Below, in pieces: positions 14,519 through 26,500 of a stretch of 64,000 nucleotides of DNA. The first letter of the stretch is position 1; the number at the start of each line of letters is the position of its first letter. Source of the DNA: Caecitellus pseudoparvulus (lineage: Eukaryota > Protista > Bigyra: Bicosoecida). The notes beneath the pieces were generated by a model. The model was not told the DNA's origin. It saw nothing but the letters and a program-made list of their open reading frames with translations, and ran no database searches. Made by a program: the position numbers and the translations under genes. The DNA lies in assembly GCA_965644315.1 (NCBI GenBank), contig CBFFRQ010000068.1, forward strand, positions 372,001 through 436,000. Reading direction: 5' to 3'.

Positions 14519-14703
14519 GTGCGTTGCCGCCGTGGCTCCCTCACGAAACGCCAACGCAGCGCGCCACGCAATGCATTCCTTCAAGGGACACGCGAGGCGC
14601 TCCAGCAGGTGGAAGAGGGGCCTGTCCAGTGTTTCACTTTGCCCCCTGCTGCTGCACAGCGCACCCTGCAACGCTTGCCGCGTGCGTGCTGCAGTGAGTC
14701 AGT

Positions 14704-15936
14704 TCACTGCGTTGCGCAGTCCCCCGCGACGTCGTCAGCTGTGCAGCGCTCCTGCACTGCCTGCAGCGCCTGGCGCACGCGCTGCAGGGTGCCCTGCTGT
14801 TCTCCCTGCCCGCTGCCCCTTCCAGCCCCGCTGCCGCCGTACAGACGCGACAGCACCGCAGTGGCCAATGCATCCGCTGCACCCGCCAAATCCGCCCCCT
14901 CGTCAGTGTGTCCCGTGCTGTCAGCACCGCCCCCCAACGAATCTGCAGAAACGCCCAAGGCTTCAACTGGAGGGCCGTCACCCCTTGCCAGCGTCTGCAC
15001 CATGCCCTCCAGCTCCGCCACGCGCGCCTCCAGCGTGGCGATGCGTGCCGTGGCAGTTTCCGCAGCAGCCCGCGCCGCAGCACGGGAAGCCTCCAACTCC
15101 TCCTGCACTGCGCGCAGGCGCTCCTCTGTGGCAGCCAAGTCCGCCTCTGTGTTGCGCACAGTGGCCACCGCCCTGGCATCCTGCTTCCGCGCCTGCATCT
15201 CGTCAAACAACGCTGCCTTCAGGCGCGCAACCTCCCCCTCCAACTGCGCACGTTGCGCCGCGCCAGCCTCCGCCGCCGACGCCGCTGACGCCAGCCGCGC
15301 CTGCAGAGCTTCGATTTGCTTGTTTTGTGCCGAGGAGGTGGCTTCCCGCCCCGCCGTCGCGGCATCCGTCGCTGCTACGTGGCTGCGCAGTCGGTCCAGC
15401 GAACCCAAACACCGCGACAGTGCGCCTGCCAGGCGGGAACTCTCGTCCTCCAGCTCCCGCGCCCGGCGCTGCTCTGCAGAGAGGGCTTCGCCTGTGGACG
15501 CCAGTTGGCGCTCCAGCTCGTCGCACTGCCGCTGCAGGGCCCGTGTGGAGGCCTGCGCCGTCTCCAGCTGTGACTTGCAGTCTGCAGCTGCACCACGCTC
15601 GGCCGCAGCCGCCTCCTCAGCCGCCTGCACCCGCTCACACGCCTCTGCCGTCGTCGTCCGCAGCGCGCCCTTCAGCTTTCGCACCTGGTCTTGCAGGGCC
15701 TGCACCTCCATCAGCCGCCGCGGTGCAAGGCCCCCCCGCAGCGTCTCCAACTCCACAGCCTGCACGCGCAGCGTTTCTTCCCGCCGCTCCAGCACCTCCC
15801 GCAGCGACGCCAGCTCAGTCACGTTGCTGCTTTGCAGCTCCATGATCTGCAACTCATGCTCTGCGACTGTGCGCTCCAGGTACTTTACGTACTTGGCTTG
15901 CGCCTGTGCAGGCACAGGCGGCGCCTCTCCAGCCAT
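14704..15936 (-). CDS. Coiled-coil protein of unknown function (~410 aa)
   Basis: Long heptad-rich E/R/A/L/Q ORF. Likely start is the ATG at 15936 (MAGEAPP..YVKYLERTVAEHELQIMELQ), with a CAATTTCCGC motif just upstream. Confidence 0.7.
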   Translation of the reverse strand: MAGEAPPVPAQAQAKYVKYLERTVAEHELQIMELQSSNVTELASLREVLERREETLRVQAVELETLRGGLAPRRLMEVQALQDQVRKLKGALRTTTAEACERVQAAEEAAAAERGAAADCKSQLETAQASTRALQRQCDELERQLASTGEALSAEQRRARELEDESSRLAGALSRCLGSLDRLRSHVAATDAATAGREATSSAQNKQIEALQARLASAASAAEAGAAQRAQLEGEVARLKAALFDEMQARKQDARAVATVRNTEADLAATEERLRAVQEELEASRAAARAAAETATARIATLEARVAELEGMVQTLARGDGPPVEALGVSADSLGGGADSTGHTDEGADLAGAADALATAVLSRLYGGSGAGRGSGQGEQQGTLQRVRQALQAVQERCTADDVAGDCATQ

Positions 15937-16350
15937 GCCAGTGTGCACCAATTTCCGCACAATTTGAACGGTCCCGGCAGCAGCGCTGCGGCACAGGGAT
16001 GAGCCCTGCACACCGGCGACACTGGCCCCTGTGCTGGAGAGGCTCATCAGTGTCCACGCCGCGGGACGTATATGCTGAATTTTGCGTGGAAGACGCCCTT
16101 GTGTTAAGAAACAAGACTCGCTCGTCGACCACTGCGAGTTGGGATCTTCGTCTACAAGCCCAAAGCGGTAATCGTGGCCCTGCAGCTGTATCTTCTGACA
16201 CACATTCCACAGCCCCAGCCCACCAACTGCAACACCCCCCCCACTCAGTGCTGTGGGCCCATTCCCCTCTCACGTCTCCCCCGCAGCGCCTGCCGAGCCA
16301 GCTCGTGACACAGACGCTCGTCTCGCTGCTCCCCACAGCACGCGTCACCC

Positions 16351-18020
16351 ATGGCCGCGCTGCAGGAGGGCGACTCGGTCATGCTGGAGTGCAGCGACGA
16401 GGCAGTGGCCCAGACGCGCCTGCAGAAGGGCAGGTGCGGCACCTGCGGGGCGGTGGCACGCTGCCTGGCGCGACGCAGCACGCCAAGCGCCCACTCGCCT
16501 GCGCAGGTCTGTGAAGCTTTTCCGGCAGCAGGTGGACCACGCCGTGTTCATGGGCCTGCCTGACGGCGCCATCATCGACATTTCTGGACCCGAGCCAGTA
16601 CAGGTGACGGACGGCCTGCTGCCGCCCATGGAGGACCTGTGTAAGGCTGCGCGGCTTGGGCGAACAATTTCCGCAGGCAGCCCCCCCACGCGCTGCCCCC
16701 CCACGCCCTGCACAGTGGGCCCCGCCGCCAGCGACGCCAGCGGCGACCCAGGGCACGACAACAGCACGTATGTGGACGACAATTCCGCGCAGGGCCTGTC
16801 CGTGGGGGAGATCCGCACCCTGCAGCACCGGGGCGTGACTGGCGCCGCGCTCATCCGGCACATCGCCAGCACCTCCGCCACCTTCGCCCAGCGGTCGCTG
16901 TACTCCAAGGAGAAGTGGATCAAGGTGAAGCAGCGGCGGTACATGCGGCGCGTGAAGGTGACGCGCCTGACCGCCCGTACCATGTGTGCGTACGTGGGGC
17001 ACCCCCGCGTGGAGCTCAAGGGGCGCCCTTGGACCCTGCGCCTGGACGCCCTGTCGCAAATGCTCATCTTCAGCGGCGTGACGGCGGGCAGCAAGGCGCT
17101 GGTGCTGGACGACACGGCAGGGCAGTTGACGGGGGCCCTCGCGGAGCGCATGGGGTGTGAGGGGGCCCTCCTGCTAGCGTACCCGGGCAGCAGGGGGGGG
17201 GCCCAGGACCAGGTGCTGCGGTGGTACAACCTGCCTGCGCCACTGGACAGGTTCATCCTGCAGCTGCCGCTGGAGGAGCTGGCGGCGGGGGTGGATGGGG
17301 TGGAGGTGGGGGGGGGGGCGCCCCCCCCCACACCACCCATGCCGCTGCCCCCCCCACGACACCCCCTGGCCCGCCTGGACTTCCTGCCCACCATCATCCG
17401 CCCCAAGGACTGCTTGTACGTGACGGGGGGCGGGGGGAGGCGCCCTCCCCTGCACCCAGCTCTGCAGACACCCCTGGAGGGGGGAGGAGGGGCGTGTGGG
17501 GGGGGTCAAGCGCCCCAGGGATGACCCCGCGGGGGGGGGTGGGCCCATGCCCCCCCTGCGCGCCCTGAAGCAGTCGCGGCGACTGAGCGCCCCCCACGCC
17601 CGGGGCGCCCTGCGTTCCGGCATGGACTGCCTTGTTCTGGCTGCCAAGCACGACGTCACCAGCACGCTGCTGGCGCTGCTGCGGTGGGTGGTGCCAGGGC
17701 GACCTTTCGTCGTGTTTCACTGGGACATCCACGTCCTGCACCGGGCGTACACGGCCCTCATGTCCCTGGAGGTGGCCCGCTGCATGCACGTGTTCGAGAT
17801 GTGGAGCCGGGAGTACCAAATGCTGCCCAACCGCAGCCACCCCGCCATGAACATGGACGGCGCGTCTGGATTCCTGCTCACAGGCACGGTGGTGGCCAAC
17901 GCCTACATGCAGTGCAAGCCGGAACACGCCCTGCCTGCACCGCAGGCTGGGGGGGACGCCGGTGTTCCGGTTGGCGCCGCCGCCGCATCCCGGGCGCCGG
18001 CCGTCGCTTCGCCAGCGTGA
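16351..18020 (+). CDS. TRM6: tRNA m1A58 methyltransferase non-catalytic subunit (TRM6/Gcd10)
   Basis: Introns 16434-16506 and 16641-16715. Motifs DNSTYVDDNSAQGLS..TFAQRSLYSKEKWIKVKQRRY, LRLDALSQML, ALAERMG and REYQMLPNRSHPAMNMDGASGFLLTG. Frame break(s) in G runs at ~17425-17505. Confidence 0.9.
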
Positions 18021-18430
18021 GCCTTCCCGCGCCACGTGCGACGAAGACACAATTTACATGCGACTGCTGTGCCTGCCCCGCCTCGATCAGGGTGTTTGCC
18101 GTGGCCATGCCGATTTGCCACGTCTTGCTTGCAGCCCTGCCAGCACAGCGTGCACCTAGGTGCGGCGTGTGTGGAGCACCACACGCCCTCGCAGCCCAAG
18201 TGATCCACAGCCGGCGTACCCGCAAATACTTGCGTGCGGGGGTGCACCTCACAACCCTCGCGCCAAATCAGAACGCCCAACTTAGTGGCACACGCACCAG
18301 TGTCTGCGGGTGCCGCTGACGCGTGCGCGATCGTGTGCAAGCGGCTGCTTGGTTGCCGAGCGGAATTTGCGCCGCAGCCCTCGCAGCGCAGCTGTTGGCC
18401 TGCACGCAGCAGCAAGCACTGCACAGCACC

Positions 18431-21400
18431 ATGAGTACGCACAGCGTGCACAACAACCACCACTACCGCCACCACACTGTGCGGCACCATGAGACGAGCG
18501 AGGAGGAGGAGGAGACCACCTTCTGCGCCAGCTGCTGGCCGAGCACCACTCGCTACGCTCACGCTGCCATCTGCGGCAAGCACGCTGCGTGGGTCACCTT
18601 CGCCCTCCTGGGAGCAGCTCTACTGGGCATCGCAGGCGCAGTGCTGGAGCAGTCCTTCGACCGCTCGGAGGACTTCGCGAGCCCCCTGCGGTTCACCGTT
18701 GCGGAAACTGGTGCCAAGGGGCACCTCTGGTCGGTGTGCTATGCGCTGGCCATTGCACTGGCGCTGTACCCCCTCGCCCGAGCGGTGTCCCACATGTTCC
18801 TGGACCTGCTGCGCCTGCCCCTCTTCACCAGCTGGTACGTCGTCATCCTGTACGTGGAGGCGTGGGAGAACGGCCCCCTCACGACGCTGCTGTGGGGCGT
18901 GGCGGTGCACGAAGTGGCCCTCAAGCACTCCGGCCTGCCCGCCCTGGGCCTCATCTCCACCCGCATCCTCATCGCCCTGGTCGTCGCGGGTGTCGCGGAC
19001 GGCCTCAAAAACGTCGTCGTCGCCGCACTGCACGGCCGTGCCATCGTGGAGCAGTTCACCGCCAAAGTGCAAAGCGCCATTCAGCGCCTGGTGCTGCTGC
19101 AGAACTTCTCCACGGCGGCGGTGGGGCTGGCACGCCAGCGCAAGGCGTTACTCGCGCGTTTCATGGCTGCGCAGGAGGAGGGCGCCGCCGCCGCCGCGGG
19201 CGATGACTCTGAGCCGCAACGCAGCACGTCCTCTGGGCCCATCACCCTGGAAGGCGACGCGCCCATCGACCAATTCGCGCCACAGGTGGCTGTGGTGGCT
19301 GACCTGGAGGCGCCCCCCCCCACGGGCCCACCAGGGGCCCTCCCCGCGGCACCCACGGCAGGCAGTGGCGGCGGCGCACCTGGGCCCACACCCCGCACGG
19401 TGGTGGCGCCACCCTCCGCCCTGCTGTCCACCCAGACCTCCTCCGCTGACCTGCTGATGGACCACCCCAACACGCTGGCCATCACAGACAGCGACGGCAT
19501 CATGCGCCTGGCCCACCTGCCCAGCGAGGGGGGGGGCACCCTGCGCCGCCGACCCCCCCCCCGCGACGCCGCGGCGGCGGTGTCCCTCCCTGCGCGCCCC
19601 AGCGACGTGTCCCCCACCCCGGTGGAGTTCTCGGGCGCGGAGGCCATCGTAGTGGGGGATGGGGGGGGTCCCGAGGTCACCTCCTCCCCCACCCCTGACG
19701 TGGATGTCGCTGACCTCCGCGACTTCGAAGGGGAGGAGGACGGCTACTTCGTCCTGGCGCAGTACATCGAGGCAGGCAAGTTCTCCCTGTTCAGCGGGCG
19801 CGGCCGCGTCGTCAACGTGCGCAACCCGCAGCACGCGAAACGCATCATGAACGGGCTGTTCTCGGCCCTGGACATCACCAACTCCAACCACATCACCCGG
19901 GAGCAGCTGTCCTGGGGGGGGGATGGGTGGGACACCCCCCTGGGCCCAGGGTGGTCCGAGGAGTCTGTGGAGGGCGCCTTCACCACCCTGGGCATGGCCA
20001 ACGGCGTGTCCTTCAGCAGGGAGGATCTGCTGCGTTTCACGGAGTCCGCCGTGGGGGACTTCTTCTCCATGCGGGGGACGCTGTCCACGTACTCTGCCGT
20101 GACGGAAGCCATCCGCCTCATCGCGGGGGGCGTGTACTACATCGCCATGCTGGCGTTCATCCTAGTGCTGTTCCAAATCGAAGTCAGCACGGTGCTGCTG
20201 AGCCTGGGCACACTGCTGGTGTCGGTGTCCTTTGCCATCGGGCAACCTGCCTCCCGCATGGCGGAGGCGCTGCTGTTCCTACTGGTGACGCAGCCGTTCG
20301 ACGTGGGGGACCGGGTGCGGGTGGACGGCGGCGCCGCCATGTACGTCCGGCACATCGACATCTACACCACCACCTTCCAGCGCCTGGACGGCACGCTCGT
20401 CACGCTGGCCAACCACATCCTGTCCGCGTCGGAGGTGCGCAACGAGAAGCGGGGGGGGTACTCCGTGCACGAGATCAACTTGAACATCGCCCTGGACACG
20501 ACGCCCCAACAACTGGAGCGCCTGAACGCAGAGGTGGTGTCGTACGTCCGTGCCCGCCCCTCCAGCTGGGTAAGCGGCGTCATTGAGTGCTACATCTACT
20601 CTGCCGACCCCGCCCGCAACTCCATGCTGGTGTCCTTCTGGCTCAAGCACCGCCTGAGCTTCCAGCAGGTGCTGCGGGTGTTCGGGGACAAGTCCGCCTT
20701 CATCCTCTTCCTCCTGCGCACCATGAAGCAACTGGGCATCCAGTACAGCATGCCCCACCAGCCGGTGGACCTGGTGGGGAACGGCGTGCGCCCACCCTCC
20801 GCACTGCCCCTGGCCAACCTGCCAGCGACGGGGCACCCGGAACAGCCAATGGACCAGTCTGGACCACCCACTGTTCTCAGTGGCCCTGCTCCAGTGCTGC
20901 TGCCCACCAGCTTGGGCATGGGGCCCACCTCCAGCTCCGGGGTGGTGCCCCCCCTGCCCCGCAAGCATGCGGAGAATTTCCCAGACATCATGCTGGGCAG
21001 CATCGCCACCCTGTGGCGCAAGGACGCCAAGAAGTTCGGCGTGCCGCGGTCAGACTCGGACGGCTCCCTCAGCACCATGGGTGGCCGGGAGGGGGGCATG
21101 CCGACGGCCGCGGAGGGGGGGGGTGCCGACGAGCAGGGGGGGCGAGGTGGTCTGCGCCAGCGGGGGGCGGCGCAGGCGCACCGCGGCGTGAGCCCCCCGC
21201 CCCTGCCTGCCGGGCGCACCCTGTCCGACTCACACCAGGGCCGCGGCCCCAAGAAGATCAGCCTGACGCACATGGTGCCGCACTTTGCCGGCATCTCCTT
21301 CGCGCCGCGCCCCGAGTCGGGCTCCCTGCCGCGGGAGACGTCCTTCGGCAGCCAGAGCCGGCGCAAGGGGCGCAAGGTGCGCGTCATCCAGGAGGAGGAG

Positions 21401-21553
21401 GTGCGCAAGTCCAGCAGTGCGGGGGACTTGGCTGGCATGGCGGCGGCGGCGCCACCACGCCATCGGGGGCGCGCTTCGCCGCACTTGCCAGGGTCGCTGC
21501 AGGGCCACGGGGGCAGCCACAGCTCCCTGGCAAAAGTCACAAAATCCAAGTAA
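18431..21553 (+). CDS. MscS-like mechanosensitive channel with EF-hand (~1040 aa)
   Basis: Several N-terminal TM helices, an EF-hand-like FSALDITNSNHITREQL, and the MscS core SVSFAIG..LFLLVTQPFDVGDRVRVDG..VRHIDIYTTTF..NHIL..VRNEKR. Single exon. Confidence 0.9.
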   Translation: MSTHSVHNNHHYRHHTVRHHETSEEEEETTFCASCWPSTTRYAHAAICGKHAAWVTFALLGAALLGIAGAVLEQSFDRSEDFASPLRFTVAETGAKGHLWSVCYALAIALALYPLARAVSHMFLDLLRLPLFTSWYVVILYVEAWENGPLTTLLWGVAVHEVALKHSGLPALGLISTRILIALVVAGVADGLKNVVVAALHGRAIVEQFTAKVQSAIQRLVLLQNFSTAAVGLARQRKALLARFMAAQEEGAAAAAGDDSEPQRSTSSGPITLEGDAPIDQFAPQVAVVADLEAPPPTGPPGALPAAPTAGSGGGAPGPTPRTVVAPPSALLSTQTSSADLLMDHPNTLAITDSDGIMRLAHLPSEGGGTLRRRPPPRDAAAAVSLPARPSDVSPTPVEFSGAEAIVVGDGGGPEVTSSPTPDVDVADLRDFEGEEDGYFVLAQYIEAGKFSLFSGRGRVVNVRNPQHAKRIMNGLFSALDITNSNHITREQLSWGGDGWDTPLGPGWSEESVEGAFTTLGMANGVSFSREDLLRFTESAVGDFFSMRGTLSTYSAVTEAIRLIAGGVYYIAMLAFILVLFQIEVSTVLLSLGTLLVSVSFAIGQPASRMAEALLFLLVTQPFDVGDRVRVDGGAAMYVRHIDIYTTTFQRLDGTLVTLANHILSASEVRNEKRGGYSVHEINLNIALDTTPQQLERLNAEVVSYVRARPSSWVSGVIECYIYSADPARNSMLVSFWLKHRLSFQQVLRVFGDKSAFILFLLRTMKQLGIQYSMPHQPVDLVGNGVRPPSALPLANLPATGHPEQPMDQSGPPTVLSGPAPVLLPTSLGMGPTSSSGVVPPLPRKHAENFPDIMLGSIATLWRKDAKKFGVPRSDSDGSLSTMGGREGGMPTAAEGGGADEQGGRGGLRQRGAAQAHRGVSPPPLPAGRTLSDSHQGRGPKKISLTHMVPHFAGISFAPRPESGSLPRETSFGSQSRRKGRKVRVIQEEEVRKSSSAGDLAGMAAAAPPRHRGRASPHLPGSLQGHGGSHSSLAKVTKSK

Positions 21554-21708
21554 TGCAATGGGTTTTGCCACGTGCAGCGTGCTTGTGTGGCTGAGTGTGC
21601 AGCACCGCGACAGTGCTTGAGGTCTGGACTTGTGCGTGGGAGTTACCTGGGCTGCGTCGGCGCCCGGCGCTGGGCATTCACGCTTGAACGGCACCAGCCC
21701 TGTACTAC

Positions 21709-22385
21709 ATGGCCAGGAGCACAATTTCCGTGCACAGCCCACGGGCCTTCGCCTTGGCGGGCGTGCTGGTCTTGCTGTGCGCCGTGCAGGCTGGTGAGAT
21801 TGGCTGCGTTTCGCGTGCAGGTCACTTCGCCTTGCATGAAACGCCCAGCCCAACCTTGTCGCAGGCATGGCCCGGGAGCTACAACGGCGCATTGTCCCAG
21901 ACTTGAAACGCGCCATTCTCTCCCGGGGGCGTGGATATGACCTGACCTCTGCGCGCACACACGGCAGCGCAGGCCTGGCGCCGGACCTGCTGGCACAAGA
22001 CATCAGCCGCAGCGCAAGCATCATCAACGATGCATTGGTCATGTGCTCCCCCTCGTACACGTCTCCACGGCAGGGCGTGTACAACCCTGCCTTTGTGCGG
22101 CGCGCTCTGGAGACGATGCGCCCTGAGTTGCTGCGCCTGCGTGAAGCTGCGCTGCACTCGCAAAACCGCGCAACAGCCGAGGCAGCCCGGCAAGCACTGG
22201 AGGGTGCCAGCACCCGCATCAAGCAGGAGTGCAACTGCGACGCAGACTGCCGCCACGACTTGACCCTGACACACCACCCCACCACGGACTTTGACGTGGT
22301 GGTGGAGGTGCTCACGCCTTCTGGCCGCCTGGTGCCAGTGAGAGTGCACGAGCGCCACCCTGGCACACACGCCTACCCATCTTGA
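21709..22385 (+). CDS. Small putatively secreted protein of unknown function (201 aa)
   Basis: Exon 1 21709-21793 encodes a signal-peptide-like stretch (AFALAGVLVLLCAVQAG). A phase-compatible intron 21794-21864 (GTGAGA..CAG) joins it to ORF 21867-22385, which contains CNCDADC. Confidence 0.6.
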
Positions 22386-23510
22386 GGAGGGGGGGTGTCC
22401 ATCCTCCCCCCTCTTGCTTTCGCGCCGGGCGTGGAGTCCCACCAGAAGTTCACGCTGGCGGCAAAGGCACACTCCTCGCTCGCCTGCACCACATGCCACC
22501 AGCCCTTGGGCATGAACAGGGCGTCTCCGGGGGCCAGGTTGCAGGCTTGAGGGGAGGTGGTGGCCAGGCTGGGCCAGCGGCGGACAGCGTCGGGGGGGCG
22601 GGGGTCCAGGATGCGGCTGGTGTTGGCGGTGCGGAAGTCGTCGCAGGGCAGCAGCGCCTCCCCGTCCCCCGGCGGGAACAGCCACACGGCCTTGGTGCCA
22701 TGCACCTGGCACAGCAGGTTGTGGTACGGGTCGCGGTGCAGGGGGGACAGCTGCCCCGGCGGGCCGATCCAGGCGTTGACGATGCCGCCGTCGCCCTCTG
22801 CCGCGCACCTCTGCCGGTGGGGCAGGTCCGCGATATCCCGCCGCAAGTGGGGGAACGTCTCGAACAGGGCGTGCTGCGCGAGGTACATGTTGCCCAGCTC
22901 CGCCCGGGACTGTGGCAGCAGCATCAGGTACGCGCAGAAGAACTGGAAGTCACGCTGGGAGGCGGCGGGGAAGAGGGGTGGGGGTGTAGTGCAGATGGAA
23001 CGTGCGGAGCATGGGCCCACCCCGTACCTGTTGCACTGTCATGCCCTGTGCCATGTAGTGCTGCCCCACCTCCACTGGCACGATGCCGGGGCCAGCGCGA
23101 GCCTGCAGCTGCTCCAGGTCAGCCCACGCTTGCAGGGCAGGCCAATGCTTGACAGCCCCTGGGGCGGGAGGGGGGGCGGGTGAAATGCACGGGGGTACAT
23201 GGCTGCACCGGCTGTGGCGCCGGGCGCACCTGACAGGACCACGGGAGTTTGAGGCTGAAAGTGCTGAGAAAAGAAATCGTCCGCCTGCCCTCCAGAAAGC
23301 GTGCGGGGTGCACGATACAAGACCTGTGCGAGCCAGCTACTATGCACATACACTCACAGATAGATCATATTTCACGGGCGTGTCGCGTGGCTGCAGGGTG
23401 CTGGCGAAGCGATTGGGCGGGGTGGCAAGTTCCGCAACTCGGCAGGGATGGCCCCTTGCCCACGCCGTCGTAGCGCGCCTGCGCAGCGACTGCAGCGCGA
23501 AAGATTGCAT
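22373..23510 (-). CDS. JmjC (cupin-8) 2-oxoglutarate/Fe(II) oxygenase, JMJD5/KDM8-like (~319 aa)
   Basis: Exons 23510-23358, 23323-23230, 23158-23028 and 22954-22373. Motifs PVVLSGAVKHWPA, VPVEVG..Y, YLAQHALF, NAWIGPPG..SPLHRDPYHNLLCQVHGTK, NTS, PGDALFMPKGWWHVV and SVNFWW. The HxD..H metal triad is intact. Confidence 0.85.
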
Positions 23511-23573
23511 TGAGTATGGTACACATAAATATGAGATGCAGTCGACCGGCCCTGGCATCAGTCTTCGAGGCAA

Positions 23574-26500
23574 TCACGAATTGAGCGAGCGGGCGCTGTC
23601 GCGTTGGGCTGGCCCAGACACCTTGCGCGCACTCCTGGCCTGCACGGGGCGGAGGGAGGACGGCACCTTGGAGCTGCGGCGCTCCGCCTTGACGACGCCG
23701 TACAGGCTGCGCGCAGTGGGCGTGAGGTGCAGGCCAGGCTGCACTGGGTTGCGGGCGAGGTGGGGCAGGGCGCTTGGGCGGCGAGTGGGCCCACCCGGCT
23801 GCGCGCCACCTGCGCGCTTGGCGGCACCTCGGTGGCGCACCGTCACGTCCCTGCGCATGATGAGCCAGAACATGACGCCTAGCATGAACAGCAGCGCCAG
23901 GCTACCGGCGAACACCGTGAGGGCCAGCGCATCGCGAGCCTGGGGGGAGGGCGCCCCGGGCACCCCCTCCTGCACTGCCCAGGAGATGTAGTTCAGGACG
24001 GCGGCGGCGGCGGCGAGGAGGAGGGAGGCGGGTTTGACGGCGTTCTTGTACGCTTCGTAGGGCAGGTAGGGCTGCGTGGCCAGGAGGCAGGCTGCCTGGG
24101 CCAGGAGCAGGGCGAGCGTGAGTGCCAGGCGCCAGGCGGCATCCCCCGTGTTCGTGGGTCGATCCCAGAACACCAACATGACGGCCAGCCCGGCCATGAC
24201 TGCCCACTCCAGGTGCCTGAAGAAGTACCGGGTGGGGCGGAAGTCAGTGGCGGTGAAGGGAGTCAGGCTGTGTAGCTGGGCCAAGAGAGGGTGTCGGTCC
24301 ACGTGATTGTACAGGGCAGCGTGAGCTGGGGTGGGGGCAGCAGCGCAGCACGCTCTGGAGCAGCGCGACTGGGAGGGGGTGCGGAGGGGGGTGTCGGGGG
24401 GGCTGTCTGGGGGGGTTGGCGTCCCCCCCGGCAGCCAGGCCATGGGGCCAAGCAGGAACACAGTGCAGGTGCGCCGAGAACGACAGGGGTGGGCCCATGC
24501 GAGGCAGGACGAGGGAGTGGTGGGCCCACCCCCCCGCCCCTCCGCCGCCCCCACTGCCTGGCGCAGAGCCGTGAACCGGACCCCGTCCGCCTTGCTCAGG
24601 ACATGGGCGGCGCGGCGGCGGACCCAGAGGAAGGTGTGCAAGGGGTACCCCACCACCACCACCACCAGGCCCACAGCCGCAAGGATGGCGGCTGGCAAGT
24701 GTGGTCCTTCAAAGCAGACGAAGGAGGGGTTGGGCACCCACCGGGAGGGGGGTGAGGGGGGGGGTGCATCACCCCCCTCCTCACCCGCCCCAGCATCCCC
24801 CCCCTCGTACCAAGATGCAAACGCCCGCGCCGCAGAGGAGTCCAGCGCCTGCCCTGCCATGGAGTCGGAGCAGTGCAGCAGGGTAAGTGCGGAGTTGGCA
24901 GTCATGATGTACAGCACAGACAGTGCTGTGAACAAGCCCCGGCGCAGCCAGGGCTTGCCCAGCGCCCACGCCATGCGCAGGCAGTGTGCGTGGAAGCCAC
25001 ACCAGCGGGGGCAGCCGGGGGAGGGAGTGGGGGCAGGCGGCGGTGTGGGCCCACCCCCCGCACGGGACAGCATGGGGTTGGTATGCACCAGCTCTGGCAC
25101 GGCGACGTTGGGCTTGGCAAGGGGGGGTGGACCCCCCCTCCCACACAGCCCCTCTCCAACCCTGTGGCACAGGGGGGGGCAGGCAGGGTGGCACCGTCGG
25201 GGGGTGGGCCCATCCCCCGTCCCTCGCGGGGTCCGCCCTGGACACGCTGGCAGCAGTGCCGACGCCAGCACCAGCACCAGCGCCGACGCCAGCACCAGTG
25301 TCTCGTTCAGGAAGGGTGTGTCTGAGAAGCAGGCGGGGGGGATGGCGCCGCTGGTGTCCAGCTGCAGCACACTGAGGGCAGTGTACATGGTGCGCAGGTA
25401 CGGCGGCAGGCCGGGGCTGGCGGCTTTGCCCACCTGCACTACGGACTGCAACATGATGACCACCCACAGCACGAACACCCAGGCACGCCGAACACCCTCC
25501 GCCAGGGAGATGGGCTTCTCCCCTGCAGCCCTGGCTCGCCACAGGGCGAAGGCCACGAGGCCCGCGACGAGGCCGAACACACCCAGAACACACCCAAGCA
25601 CGATGGCAAGCGGCACGAGCAGCGCAGATGCACGATCTCCACTCGATCCCTGGTCGGCACAGGCAACACAGGCACCGTCCAGAGCTGGGTAGAAGCCCCG
25701 GGCACAAGCACCACATGCAGGGACGGTGGGATCATACCCCTCCCCGCACTGCGCTGATGCGGTGGTGATGTTCCAACCCTGGCAGCGGTCTGTCGCTGGG
25801 GCCGCACAACGCACCACTCCAGCCGGACTGGCCTCCCCGTCCGCCCAGTAGCCAGGCAGAGGCCACCGGCGATATCCCCCCGGGCACACGGCACCTTCAC
25901 CGCACGGCTCACAGTCATCCGCCGCGCCGAAAGCGCAGGTGGCAGCGGTGGGGGCGCGCTGACACAGGGGGGATGCCGGGTCTGGGTACCCGCTGCACGC
26001 CTGGGATACATGGGGTCCACGTGCGTATGCGCTGAAGGGGGGCCCGGGCACATCCCAGAAGGAGGAGGGGGGGAGGGAGGGGGAGTCGGACCCCCCCCCC
26101 ACCTGCGCACCCACCACTGTGCCCAGCACTGCCAGCCCGGCAGCCGGCAGGGAGCGGGCCAGGTCCACCTGGGCAGGTAGAGCGGATGAGGTCATGGTGT
26201 CCTGCCCCCCCCCACACTGCCCCGGACACCGAGTCGCAGAGGACACCGTGTCCCCCTCCCGCCACAGGACAGCCCCATCCGGCCCCGGCCCCGCCACGGC
26301 AGCTTGCGCCAGGGCCCTGTACGCCGCTGAGTCGGACCACATCCAGGCAGCCGCGGTGGGGTCCGCCACCGCCTCTGCCCATGCCGCTGCCACCGAGTCA
26401 GCCCAGGCGGCAGGCAGGAGGAAGGGGTTGGCGATGGACAGGGGGCGATAGGCTGACGCACCTTGGGCGCAGGCACGGCCCCCCTCCCCACACAGGTCGG

